A stretch of 64,000 bases of DNA from Opitutia bacterium (GCA_018668635.1 JABJCN010000092.1:9032-73031), one strand, 5' to 3'. Positions 1 through 15,000 are shown, counted from the first letter of the stretch. The notes: generated by a model from the letters alone, not told the origin. A program made the numbers and translations.

Positions 1-3000
1 CCATTCAAGCTGGAAAGCGATATCATTAGTTTTGTTGCTCCAACCCGGGCAATTCTAGCCTCTGCACCCACGTTCCCTCCATTGCTTCCCGGTCAACGTA
101 TCTGGATTACAGGATCCACCAGTAATAATGGCATTTATACCGTCTCCCGCGATGTAGTGGCAACCGACCAGCAGATTATCATTGAAGAAGCCCTTTTGGA
201 TGAAACTGCCGGGAATCTTGTTACCATTGCCAGCGCTGGAGCCCAGCTTCCTGAAATGGATACGGATGCTGATGGATTAACTGATTTTTATGAGGAACAG
301 CTTGGGCTTGACCCTGGTCAGGATACTGATGGAGATGGTGTGCTCGATGACAGTGATGGTGACGGCAATCCCGATGGTTGGGACTCCGATGGTGACGGTC
401 TTCCTGATGGATGGGAGGTTCTCACCGGCCTTACCGTATTTGCCAATGATATCCATATGGCCAATAACAAGGTGTATTCAAGTTCCGCCATTGAACTCAC
501 TGGGTTGACTGATGTCTCATTTGACTCAGCGACCAGAAGTATTCGTAGTTCTCAAGGCTCACTTAGTGATACCAATCAACCGGCTTTCATCGCTGGCCAG
601 AAGGTTATCGTATCCGGTTCAGGTCTCAATAGCGGAACCTACACAATTGTTGCAGCAAACTCTATTCAGATAACGGTTGCCGAGGAGGTTCAAGATGAAA
701 AAGCCGGACGCGCGCTCTCTATTTCAAGCATTGGTGGCTCAAATCTATCTGTCTTTTCTGCAGGCACCACCTTGGAGGTCAAAGGCTTCACAAATATTGG
801 TAATTTCGGTATCGAGTCTTCAAGCGAAAACACCATTCAAGTCGTTGGAAATTTAGCCGATGAACCTACGGGTACTTTTGATCCCAATGATGAGTCCGCT
901 TATCGAGGCTGGATTACACTTTTTGCAAATGATACCGAGGGTGACTCTGATGGAGACCTTCTTTCCAATAAGGAGGAGTTTCTCGGTGCTGACGACAAGT
1001 CTTCTGGTTACAACGATTATCTGATCCCGGATCGCCTGTTCGATGGCGACTGGACACACCCCGTATTTAATGATACTGATGGAGACACCATTGATGATGG
1101 CTGGGAGATTCGATATGGTCTCGATCCAAACCAAAGCAATGGTCTTCTTGGAAGTGACATTGGTTTTCGCGACAATCGCGTCCGCTCCATTTCCAGCTTG
1201 GTCGTCAGTGGCCAGAATATTCGTTTTGATGGAGCTAGCAGTCGCATCCTATCATTGACTAATGAATTTATACTTCTTCGTCAGTGCCGTCAGGTTACAA
1301 TCATTGGCTCCGATAGCAACGACGGCTCATTTCCCATTATTGATATTGGAGTGGCTGGAGATTACATGGAAGTTGCGCCCGCTGCAAGCGGAGCGGTTAT
1401 TGTGGATGAAAAAGAGGGCCGACCTATCATGGTACATGGAGACCTTGAGATCCTGAGTAATGATATAAGCTTTAATGGGAATACCATAAGCTCTTCTCCA
1501 ACTACCGTTACAGGTAATGACATCTTTTTCACTGCAGCAGGTGAAATCCGTAACCTCGGGGGACAGTCTATTATGGGGGATGACATATCTTTCTCCGGGA
1601 CCACAATTCGTAGTCATAATGGGCACTTTTCTAGTGGAACGGATGACATATCCTTTGATGCGGCAACATCTGAAATTCGATCGCAGGTGGGCATCCTTAA
1701 TGGATATGCTGTGGGTTATCCCATCCTGGTGGCTGGTTCTGCGAATAACAATGGTTTGTTCATCGTGCAGTCTGTGCCTGTTCCGGGGTTCACCGTGGTT
1801 GTTAATGGCCCCCTCCAGGATGAAGGAGCCCAAAATGGCGGAAATAATCCTCAGCCCAAGGTCATTACCATTACCGCCATCGGGGGCACAGACCTTTCGA
1901 GTTTTATCTCCGGCTATCAAGTACAGGTTTTCGGATCTCTCTTTAATGATGGCATATATACCGTGACTGGAACACCCACTTTCCCCACGAATACGTTGGA
2001 CGTTGGCCAGCTACTTTTCACTGAGAGCAATGGAGCGTTTGTTGACATTTCTTATGCCGATACTTCCAGCTTTTCGAACTTCCGTGCCGGTCAGTCGATT
2101 ACTGTTACTGGTTCCGTTACCAATAATGGCACCTATACGATAGGCAACGCCTTACCCTCGGCGAACCTGATACAACTTGCTGCCACTGGCCCTGCCATTG
2201 TTGCCGAACCAGCCAATCCATTTACTGCAGTCACCCTGACTGCGCAAGGCGTCACAGACTTTTCCCGCTTTTCCCGGGGGGCACAAATTCAAGTTAATGG
2301 CACTTCCTTAAACGATGGCATTTACAATATTTCAAACGATATCGCACCGACTGCCAGCCAGATCCAAGTTGTTGAGCCTCTAACGCTTGAGGCTTCCGGT
2401 CCTGATCTTGAAATCTTTCAGCTTGGGCCTTCTTCCCGTCTGGATGCCTTTAATGATAATGAAAATGTTCTTATCAATGGCTCCTTAGGCAATGATGGCA
2501 CATTTATCATTGATACTAATGGTGTGAGCCCATCCACACTATTTGCTTTACCACCAAAATTATTTGCCTCGGAAGCAGCAGGTTCTCAAATTACAATATC
2601 CAAGGATCTCGATAGTGATGGTCTCCCTGACGTTGTTGAGTATCATTATAATTCCAACCCCAATCTTCGGGATACCGATGCTGATGGTGACACGGACATG
2701 GATGAAACTGGTGGATTCTTTGGTGGCAGTGATCCAACCGACCCTGATTCCGTCCTGCGATCCATTAATGGCTTGGTCAGATATAGTGGCATCGAGACGG
2801 GCAACATCTACATCCAGGTCGATGAGGCGAACCGCCCTTTTGAAGAAAACGACACCGGTGATACCATTCCCTCGGATCTTTATTTCACCAACAAAGACCG
2901 CACAATTCATTCTTCTACCGGAAAATTACCTTACCTTACCGTTGGACGACAAATCCTGATTTCTGGTACAAATGATGGGGATGGTGATGGGGTGGGGGAC

Positions 3001-6000
3001 AACGATGGTGTCTTTACGATTTCCAAGATTATTGCCTCAAAATATGCCATTGAGGTTGACGAGGAGCTTGTTGATGAGGGGACAATTGATGAAGATGGAG
3101 ACGGGGTTCCCGATGGGGTCTCTGTCTCAGCCACCGTACTTGGATATGACCCCATCCTTGTACCGCTTTCGCTGGGAGAGAGGGCCTACTCCATCAACGG
3201 GCTTGCCTCCGATCACTTGATCACGATTACCGCTTTCCTGGATGCAAATGGTAATGGTGGTCTTGATGAGTTTGCCGATCCCAATGGCCAATACAATAGC
3301 GGCAATCCCGTTGAGGTCGGTAAATCCGGTCGCTTTAATCTAAACCTTGACTTGGAACAGACGAGTTTGGCCATCGACAGTGTCACCACGGAGGAGATTG
3401 ATGGGGGGTATTACCACACCGTAATCTGGAATAGTGTCCCGGCGAAGCAATATCGTGTCCTTTATTCAACCTCCACCCCTGCCGGGCCATATGGCACCTA
3501 TGTCCCGGCTGCGAATGGCCTCCCGGTTGTCATCACAGGTCGTGATGCCCCCGTGGTGAACCCCGGGGACGATCCGCCAAAGACATCCCTTGTGCATTTC
3601 ACGGTGGAATCCCCTGTCTGGTATCGTGTGGAAATGGTTAATGCCTTTGGGGAGGGTGTTCCTGAGACTGATACAGATGGCGACGGCCTCACAGACTATC
3701 ACGAGGGGCAACTGAAACTCGACCCCGAAAACCCTGACGTTGATGAGGATGGCATGCCGGATGGCTGGGAGGTCTTGACCGGGCTCACAGCTTACGGCAA
3801 CGACCTGACCTTGGATGGAGACACCGGCAAGATTCTTTCCATTGCAGGTCTCATCACGGAATCAACCACTATTGGTTTCGATTTGGCCTCCAGGAAAATT
3901 AGTTTCAACAATGGCATGCCGGCTTTTATCGTTGGCCAGCAAATCACTGTAACAGGCTCCAAGGTTAATGATGGTACTTACACAATTTCAGAAGTCGCTA
4001 CAGATTCCACCTTCATTGTCGTGAAGGAAAGTCTAAACACGGAAACTGCTGGTGCTACAGTCACTGTTGCAAGCTTTGGAGGGACTGACCTCTCTGTATT
4101 TCAGGATGGAGCCATTTTGGTGATCAAGGGAACCACTGCGCAATTGTACGACGGAGTTTATAAGGTGATTGGTGCATCAATGACCCATGAGGCACAATTA
4201 TCAACAGTCGCCGGAGGCTTACCTTCCTTCCAGAACGGAAATGGTCATCCTGCTGAGCCCGGTATCTGGCTGACCCTTTACGCAACAGATTCCGATGCCA
4301 ATCCGGATGGTGATGGATGGGAAGATGTGGACGCATCAGGGAATCCAATTTGGCATCAGTATACAAATATTGAAGAATACCTTGGCGCGGACCAGACTCT
4401 CTCTATTTTCCGTAAGGAGCTTCTCCCAACCCGTATTTTCGACGGTGACTGGACGCACCCCAATAGTGTCGACACAGATATGGATGACATTGATGATGGG
4501 TGGGAGCGTCGATACGGATTGGACCCCAGTTCCCTCAACGGGACATTCGGTTCAGACCTCTCCTTTAAAGGCTCGCAGGTACGTTCAGTTGAAAGCATCT
4601 CTATTTCGGGTGAGAACATCAGTTTTGACGCGGCCACGCGCCGCATAAATTCTCTTTCATCATCCTTTCTTGCCTTCTCCAACTCGCAGTGGATCACGAT
4701 TACGGGCTCCGGGTTCAATGATGGGGTTTATGAGATTGAGTCAGTGTCCCAGTTTGGTGAGTTCATCACAGTTACTCCAGCCCATACACTTATAGAAGAA
4801 GTAAAGGGGGCAGATATATACATTCGCGCTGATCGGGAAAAAACAGGAACTGATATCAGCTTTAATGGTAATACAATTCGTGCTTCACGGACAACCGCCA
4901 GCGGTAGCGACATCCATTTTGATGATACCGGCTTTATCCGAAGTTTGGCTAACCAGAATGTTCAAGGCACTGACTTGGTCTTCGCACTAAACGAAGTCAA
5001 ATCTCACTTTGGACTAACGACTGGGTTCATTGTGAATGATATCAGTTTTGATGCAGCTTCACAGCAGATCAGTTCTCTAGCTGGTATTTTTCCGGATTTC
5101 GTTGTTGGGCAGCAGATTTTTGTCAATGGCTCCAATAGCAATGATGGTTTTTATACCCTTGCAGGTATTCCTGTTCAGGGCTCGATCTTACAGGTCAACG
5201 AGGCGCTAATTGACGAGGCTCGTCAAAATGTTGCCGGAGGGGGAGGGCCTGCTCCGCCTAAGATTATAGCAGTTGCCAGTGTAGGCGGCACGGATCTTTC
5301 TGGATTTCCCGGCGGGTTCCAAGTTCAGATTATGGGTTCTACTTTCAATGATGGTAATTTTACCCTGATTGCCCCTTCTTCCCAAAACCTATTACAGTTC
5401 GCTACTGCCATGCTCAATGAGCCTGCAGGAGCCAATACTGGGATTTCAGTATTAAACAGCACCAACCTGTCCGGGTTTGAGCTTGGTCAGCAGATTATTA
5501 TTACCGGCTCGACCCTGAATGATGGCACCTATCAAGTTTCCAATGCTGTGGCGCCAACTGCAGGTGCCATAGCGATTCAATTTGATCCACTGAACCCCTT
5601 GCAACTGCAAAATGAACCACCGTTGGTTACCCGTGCGCCCACAGTTGCCGCTGCAACTAATACCAATCTCTCCATGTTCACAAGGGGTGGCACGCTTGTG
5701 GTATCAGGTACGGCTTTCAATGATGGCACCTATCACATAAATCCCTTTATTGACCCAACTGCTGACACCATACAGGTCCAGGAAACCTTCATCAATGAGC
5801 CAATGGGCCCATCCACAACCATTTTGCAGACTGGTGCCACTGACCTATCCGGGTTTTTAGATAATACCACCATACTTGTTTCAGGTTCTTTTCTCAATAA
5901 TGGAGTCTACACAATTGCCAAGGATGGGGTTTCGCAGCATGCACTCACCTTTGCACCTTCCGGAATCTTTGCGGGATTTCTCCGTGAACCGGCTGCAGCA

Positions 6001-9000
6001 GACATTTCCATATCCCGGGACTCCGACAACGATGGTCTGCCCGACGTACTCGAATTCAACTACAAGACAAACCCATCCGAGCCTGACTCAGATGGTGATG
6101 GCGGCACCGATATTGCCGAGGTAAGTGGTCATTTTGGAGGCAGTGACCCCACTGATTCCACTTCTGTATTAAGTTCCATTGTTGGCACGATCATCTACGA
6201 AACCAATGAGAACGGCATCTTTTACGTCAGCCTCACGCCTGTGGCCGAGGGAATCAATGATCTCATGTTCAATAGTGCTGACCGCACCATTTCCTCTGCT
6301 TCAGGCCGCCTGCCATCTCTTATGGCCGGGGACATTCTTGAGGTTACAGGGACGGCATCCAATAATGGTCCTTTCACCGTTCTGGAAGTTGTGGCTCCTC
6401 ACACAACATTAAAGGTGATCGAGTCAATCTTGGATGAGTCTCCAGCTGATACCACAGTTATGGGACCACCCCTGCTTGTCTCCCTCCCGCCAAACCAGCG
6501 TAGTTTTGCCATCACAAATCTGCCTTCCGATGTCCATGTTCTTCTCGAGGCGTTCCTTGACTCAAACGGAAACGCTGAGCGCGATGATTTTATCGACCCA
6601 TCCGTTACCTACAATGGGGGCAAACCTCTCTTGGTTGGTCCTGGTGGTCGCTATAACATCGTCTTGGACCTTTCCCTTACTCCCCTGCGGATTCACCCAG
6701 ATGAAGTCGATGTAAAGGGGGTGGTCACAAAGGAAGATGAAATTACCGGCGGGTACCACCACACCATAACTTGGAAAAGTGTGCCGGGTAAGATTTATCA
6801 GGTCCGTTATTCGACAGCAACTCCGGCAGGTCCCTTTTCTCATTATGTGACTGCTCGGACAGGTTTGGCTGAGCAAGTCATCGGTAAGGCTGGAGGCGAA
6901 ACCACAAGCCTCATCCATTTTTCCACCCACCGCGATGTGTTTTACCGCATTGAACAACTGAATGCAGATGGTACTTTAACTCAAGAAGCGGACTCTGATG
7001 GTGATGGCCTGACAGATTACTACGAAGAAGCCCTTTTACTGGATCCTTTCACGCAGGATGTTGACCTTGATGGAATGCCAGATGGTTGGGAAGTTCTGAC
7101 TAAAATAACTACTCATGCAAGAGATATTCGGTTCAATGGCAGTACAATTACGTCTGTTTACAGCCTAACCTCGGCAAACAAGTCCGACATCTCTTTTGCA
7201 GGTAATATTATTTCAGCAACCTCCACCGAATTCCCCGAATTTCTCGCCGGTCATCAACTATTAATCACTGGTTCAGGCAAGAACGACGGTACCTATATTC
7301 TTGAGTCTGTTTCTGACGACCGGAAGACCCTGACCTTGTCGGGCACACTTGAGCAGGAAGTTGCCGGGGCTACGGTTACTATTTCCAGTGTCGGTGGAAC
7401 CAACCTTTCCATTTACCCGGCGGGAATTATTCTGAACGTCAAGGGCTCCACCAATACGCTCAATGATGGAATCTTTGAGGTCAAGGTCTCATCTGCAAAT
7501 CAATTAAATATGGTCAACGCCACTAATGGTACAGATCACGTTTTCATTTTAGAAGATCAAGATCCTGAGGCGCCCCACTATATTACCCTTTTTGCTTCTG
7601 ATGCTGACATTGACGCAGATATCGATGGATTATCCAACCTTGAGGAGTATCTTGGTGCGGACATCGAGGGGTCAACCTTCGATCCAGGGTTGCTTGCGGC
7701 CCGTGTCTTTGATGGTGATTACACCAACGCCACCGAGTTGGATACTGATGCAGACACGATGGATGATGGCTGGGAACGCAAGTATGGACTAAACCCGAAC
7801 GCGCTCAATGGTGTCTCGGGCACAGACCTCGGCTTTCGCGGACTCCAGATAAAGTCTATCAGCAGTATTCCAGTTTCTGGTCGTGACTTTACCTTTAACA
7901 GCGCGACAAATCGCATCACTGCTCTTTCAACCTCTCTCAGTAGCCTTCAACACGCACGCCAGTTAACTATTTTGGGCTCTGGCACAAATGATGGAACCTA
8001 TACGGTACTCTCTGTTGACACTGCAGGTGCCTTTATTGATATTCACCCCTCAACCCCAATTGCCATTAACCAGAAGGAGGGTAACTATGTGACCATACTT
8101 GGTGACAGGGAAATTCTTGGTAATGATATCTCATTGGATAGTTTTTCTATTCGGTCCACTCCCACTCAAGTTACAGGGAAGGATATTCATTTTGATTCTG
8201 CTGGGTTTATACGGTCCCTACTCGGTGTATTTGTTGAGGGACAGGATATCGGTTTTGTCGGCAACCAGATCAGTTCTCACTTTGGCCTGACCACAGGTGC
8301 GGTTGATGATGATATTTCTTTTGACTCTGCCACCAGCGAGATTCGCTCGGCTGGAGGTAACCTGCCTAATTTTGTCAACGGGTTTCAGATTCAGGTAGCC
8401 GGTTCCAACTTCAATAACGGCACCTTCACGGTTGTATCAACGATTACCTCTGGCTTTACTATTCAGGTTGCTGAGGCTCTTTTTGATGAGCCAGCCACTA
8501 ATAACCTTCTTCCCGGAGCAGCCAAAACCGTTACGATTGACTCCATTGGTGGCACTGATTTTTCATCAATTCCAAGCGGGTTTGAAATTTTTATATCAGG
8601 AAGTGGCGTTAATGATGGCGTCCAGACCGCTGCCATTTCCACTAGTAATATCCTTACGGTACTCAGTGGATTTATTTCCGAGGCAGCCGGTGCAAATGTC
8701 AGAATTGAGATTTCTCAACCTACAGATTTTAGTAATTTCCGAATTGGGCAGGAGATAGCAATTTCAGACAGTCGGCGTAATGATGGTGATTACATAATCG
8801 GTTCAGTTTCGCCAAATATGCTCAAAATTCAGTTTAATCCCACAATTCCTTCGCCTCTTTTCAATGACCCGGCAAATGTCTTGACTGAAGCTTCAGTCAC
8901 CGCCGTTGTCTTTAGTGACCTTTCCACATTCCAGAAAGGAGAATTCTTACAACTCAACGGTTCCACTGATAATAGTGGAGTTCTCCGCGTAAGCCCATTT

Positions 9001-12000
9001 TTTAACCCTACTCCAGACGAATTACAAGTACTTGATCTATTGGTCTCGGAGCCCATTGGATCGGATCTTGAATTCTTTCAACTTGGGCATACTGATTTAT
9101 CTGGTTTTAATGATGGTGACATCGTTTTGGTAGCCGGATCAATTGCCAATAATGGAATTTACACCCTTGCTCAAAATGGCGTTACAGGTCATGGGCTGAC
9201 TTTTAAAATGGCACCACCTTTTGCTGGGTTCGTCACCGAGTCTGCCGGTTCACTCGTTTCCATTTCCAAGGATCTCGACAATGATGGTTTATCCGATGTG
9301 TTGGAATATGTTTTCAAGAGTAACCCCACAATTGCTGATACCGATAATGACGGAGATTCTGACCTTGCTGAAACCAATGCCCGTTTTTATGGCAGCGACC
9401 CACAAAATAATGCCGTTCTCCTCACTTCTTTGAATGGAACAATTGAACACGCCCTACCTTATGAAGGCGCCGATCGCGGCACTGTTTATGTTGTAGTACA
9501 AGAACAGACCAGTGTTCATCAAGTTGGCGACCTTCAGTTTTCTGCCCAAGATAATTCTATTACCTCCACGGAGAGTAAATTACCATTTCTCGTCGCTGGT
9601 CGTAAGATCACGATTGCGGGTTCCTCCGCCACTGCAATTGGCACTGATATAGAATTTATTGGCAATACCATTAAGTCCTCAAACACCTTGATCCCCTCAT
9701 CCCTCTTACCTGGGCGTCAGGTTCTTATTTCTGGTTCAGGTGATAATGACGGCATTTATACAGTTGGTGCCGGAGGTGTTTCCTTGGATGGTAAAACTCT
9801 TACATTAACTGAGAGTTTAACCAATGAGGATAAGGGGTCTGAAGTATCCGTGGCCACTATTTATACAGTCGCGTCAGTTATCACCCCGGGAACAAAAATA
9901 ATTGTTAGCGACAACTTAGCGGATGAATTGCCATCAGATTGTTCCTTTAACATTTTGCCTGCTGCTCCGGAGATTGTTACTCTTCCCGTTGGTGTCTTGA
10001 GTTATTCTGTTGATGGATTGCCTAGTGGGTCAACTGTTTCAATACATGCTTATCTAGATGCAGACAAAGATGGTGAATATGATGCATTTGTCGATCCGTA
10101 TGGTGAATACAGTGCCCCGATTACCCTAGGCAAGTCTCCGCGTTACAACCTCAACATTACCCTTCGACAGAGCGATCTTACTCTGGCCAATGTCTCGCCA
10201 TTGACTTCCGCAACTAATGGGTTTGCGAATGCAATTACATGGAATTCGATCCCTGGAAAGATTTATCGTATCCTTTATTCAGATCATTCACCTGCTGGCC
10301 CTTATGATAAATATGTCGAGTCCCTGACCGGATTCCCTCAGGAAATTATCGGTCGCTTTCCTGATCCAATTAGCGGAATAAGCCAAACCTACATTGTTCA
10401 TATTTCTGAGCATAAGGACACATGGTATCGCCTCGAGATGATATCTGAGGATCGCCGCACCGTTACTTCTGAAGTTGATTCAGATAGTGATGGCCTTACC
10501 GATTACCACGAAAATAATATGGGTCTTGACCCTCAAGTCTTTGATTCTGATGGCGATTCTTTACCTGATGGTTGGGAGACATATACCGGACTGACCACTC
10601 ATGGTTCAGATATTTCGTTCACCGCACCAGGTACCATTCGGTCCATTGCCGGGTTACAGGTTACTGGAACTGACTTAAAGTTCATTGCTAACACTGGTGT
10701 TATTCAAGCCACGGCCAACTCTGTGGACTTCTCTGACTTTATTGCAGGGCAGAAAATTTCAATAACTGGATCTCTTCGTAATGACGGCACCTATTCGATT
10801 TTAGAAGAGCCGACGACCTCGACTATTACTGTTCAGGAACAAATCTATGACGAGGATGGCCCTCTCAGTGGTGTCTTAGTTGCCAGTGTTGGAGGAACTA
10901 ATTTGTCCGTCTTCCCAGCTGGCGCGGTGCTAACCATCATTAACTCGGCCCGAAACGATGGCACGTACAAAGTGTCCAGCGAGAATACTGTTTCCTCACA
11001 TACGCTTGTTCTCGAGAGCGATACCCTTGTAGCTGAAACTCATGATGAGAGTTCCGGAAGCATTACGATTTATGCCAGTGATAAGGATGCTGATCCAGAT
11101 GGAGACGGGTTAACAAATCTACAGGAATTTCTGGGTCCCGATGGTGAGGTGCCTTCATACGATTACGCCCTCGTTACGACCACTTTATTCAGTGGAGACT
11201 GGTCGCACCCTGTGAAGTTTGATACTGATGGAGATGGTATCGATGATGGCTGGGAAGTTGATTATGGCCTAAATCCCAATAAAATTGATCAATTGAGCGG
11301 AAAAGACATTAGCCTCCGTGGAGATCGAGTTTTTTCCATGGCAAACATTGAGGTATCTGGAGTTGATATCTCCTTGGACCACGATATGAACCGCCTCCTT
11401 TCTACATTTCCTCATTTTAAGGACTTTAGCAAGGGCCAGCTTATTCGTATTGAAGGAACCAACAGTAATGATGGCAGTTATCATATTAAATCTGCTAGGC
11501 CAAACGAAATTTACCTAGAAGAACCATTGACAGATACTGAACCTGCCGGGTCTAAGATTGTCACCATTATAGCAGATATCTCCATTACCAGTTCGAATCT
11601 CGCCATTGATGAGAACTCTATCTACTCCGCCACCACATCAGCAGAGGGTGGAGATATTACGTTTAGCCGAGATCGTGTGCAGTCTCTACACGACTATGCC
11701 GTCACCGGTACCGATCTTATTTTTCGAGATAAGCAGATCACCTCCACTTCCGGGCTTAAATATCTGGTTCATGAGGCGGCCCCGAGACTTTTTGCCCTGC
11801 GCGGGGCAGAAATGACCACCGAGGACGGTCTTACACTTAATTTTGTGGAAAACCAAAGGCTCATCATGCGTAATCTCACGGTACCTTTCGTTGATTATTT
11901 TTCTGTCCGCAGAGTGCAGTTTGGTGGGGAAAAAATAACCTTTAACACGGCTCCGCCCTTCAACCAATCCCCACAAAACATTGAGTGGACGGAGATTTTC

Positions 12001-15000
12001 ACTGAGCCCGGCACCGGCACTGATCTCTCCCTGCTTGTGCCAGGTTTGCAGATTCAGGTCAGCGGGTCACAGTTCAATGACGGTGTCTACACAATTTCCG
12101 ACATTGAGTACGGTCGGGACCGCTGGGTGGCGGAAGACCCATTTGGCCAGCAACGTGCACCGGAAGGCACCCTTGATTATTCATTGGATAATAATAATAC
12201 GACCACAGTCCTGACTGTCGATACCCCAACATTATTTAACGATGAGGCAACTGGCCGAGAGATTACCATTACTGTACTCAATGGTACAGACCTTGCTGAG
12301 TTTCGGACCAAGCAGGAATTCGAGGTTTCTGAATCCTATTCCAATAACGGCGTCTACACGGTCTCGGATGCAGTCATCCCCACGTCCAATCAAATGGTTG
12401 TTCATGATCACATCTTTAAGGAGGAACCACGCTTGCTGGCCACGGATCTCCTCGTTGACGATATTTCATTTCAGCCTGTCGGAGAAGTTGCAGGGAATCC
12501 CTTGGTCCCCCAAGATGGCACTCTTATTGCCAGGCACCCTGTTTTTGATGTTGTCACCAGTCCTATTCGCTTCAGTCAGTCAGACTTGGAGGCAGGTGGG
12601 CGTGGTCGTCGCCTTAATGTAATCGAATGGTCGACAAACCTCCTTGCAATCAGTGATCCTGACCCAGCTACTGACTTCGACGATATTTACTTTCAGAATG
12701 GTGATGTTATCAGTGGTACCTTTGAAGTTTTTCCAGCCGATCCAATCTTGATGATTCCGGCTGTAACAGAACCCCGGATTTATGTGGTAGTTGGTGTTGC
12801 GCCTATAACCGACCCACTTAATTCTCCAGACTTCACAACTTTTGTTAATAATACCAATGCTATCTTGCCGGGTGCCCTTGTGCAAATTCTCAACTCTACA
12901 GGTCCGGTTACCACCGTGTTTGAGCCGAATGCTGGGCGGTACGAATTGGGCGAAGTCGTGTATGATGATACTGACGGTAATTACTACATGGCTTTTGCTG
13001 GACCAACCACTGCTGCCGCTGGCTGTACTGAAATATCTACCGAATGGATACCTCTTGGCCCAACACCACCTCACATGGGTGTTGCAGATGAATTTTCATC
13101 ACTTGTAAGCTATGATCCTGGTGCCCTTGTTCAGTTTGAGAATCACATTTATGTCGCGTTGGAGGAGTTAAGCCTCAACCAGGGCACGCCGACCGAGAAT
13201 ACAACCTCGTGGATCGAGCCCAGCTTATACATGACCAGCAGCCTGATCCTTTCCCACACAGGCGCCATTCCAAAGTTGGTTGCAGGAACCAAGATCAACG
13301 TATATGTTCAAGGGGATGGCGCCAATGTTGACCACGGTGGCTCGTGGGTGGATTGGCCACTATGGGCGCTTGGCGACCCAGACCCCAATGCTAAAAGTTT
13401 CACGGTCAAGAATTTTATCAGTCCATTCATGATTGAGGTGGAGGAATCGGTAATCGAGCACGATAGATTCCATGACGATGTATTTACGTGGTTCTTTGAT
13501 CCTTTAAGTGGCGATCTAATACCGTTTTTAGCGGATCCGCAACCGCCCCGTAATATCAGGCTCTTTGTAAACTCTTATTCCACCGGGCAAAACCCGCAAG
13601 CCAAGCTTGACCTGGTTCGCATTGATCTCTCGGCCTTCCAGCCTGGTCAAAAGCTCACCATCATTGATTCCTCCAAAAACAATGGTGTGTACACAATCTC
13701 TGATGAGGCAGTTGCAGTTGCAGATCGTGTTTATCTACAGGAACCGCTTTACATTGAGAACGATGGGTCAAATGCCACCATATTCCAGTCCGGCGCGACA
13801 GATCTCTCCGGGTTCTCCTTTGGAAGTAAGTTTATCTTGGGAGGTAGTGATCAAAATGATGGCAAATTTACGGTTAACTCCATCAAACCCAACAGTTCTA
13901 TTGTTGATGTATCACGTGTTTTTACCCAGGAAGAAGTGGATGCTGGGATCACCACTGCGTTGGCAACCGAGGCCACAGGGAGAAACATCACCATGGGCAT
14001 TGATACAGATGATGACAGTTTGTCCAACAACCAGGAATATACTGGTGCAGATGGTATTTCCCCCAACAATCCTGGAGATAGTTCAGATGCAACCGCTCCC
14101 ACTTTGTCTGATTTCGATAGGGATGGATACGCTGACGATGTTGAGCGGGGTGGCTATTTTGGCGGCAGTAAAGCTTGGGACATTAATTCGATTCCATCCT
14201 CAATTTCGGGAAAAATCAATTATACAGGCACGCTTGATGGCGAGGTAATTCTAAGGATACTGGAGGGCAATGATCCCAATCCTGCTGCACCGAATGATAT
14301 CAGTTTTACTTCAGAGGGAAGCATCATTCGCTCCTCAAGTGGTAGCCTCCCATTGCTTTTACCTGGTGAAAAACTACATATACAAGGTACCATACTAACC
14401 TACATTCCATTTAATTCAAATGGCATTAATACCTCCTACACCGTTAAGGAGGTTGTCACGCAAGGCAGTGAGATTACCGTTGAGGAAGCATTGATTGACA
14501 CCCCTCTTCCAACAGAAGGACTTGTTTTCCTTCAGCTTTGGGGTACGCCTGAGTTGTTAGAGCTTAACCTGGGTGCATCCGGCCCCTATACGGTGTCTGG
14601 TCTTCCATCACACAAGAGTTACATTGTTGATGCATTTCTGGATGTTGGAATAAAGGTTGCCAGCAGCAATCTCACATTCGACCCAGACACGGGGACAATT
14701 ACAGCTAACACCGACCTTTTCACGGAATTTGCTATCGGCCAGACCATCCGGGTTACTGGAAGTGAGGCGTTACCGATCAATGATGGTTCTTATACTCTTA
14801 CCGCGGTCACTGGAACCACTCTGACTGTTGCAGAAACAATTACAACAAGGGAGGAGCCCGGATCTTATATTATCATCCAGGGACTGGGTAACGGGGTTTA
14901 CGATGATCAGGCGGAACCTTATGGCAGCTATATTTTCCCTGCATCAGGTGGTGCCATCCAGTTGGTTTCCGGCATTATACCGATAAGCCACCTCAATAAT

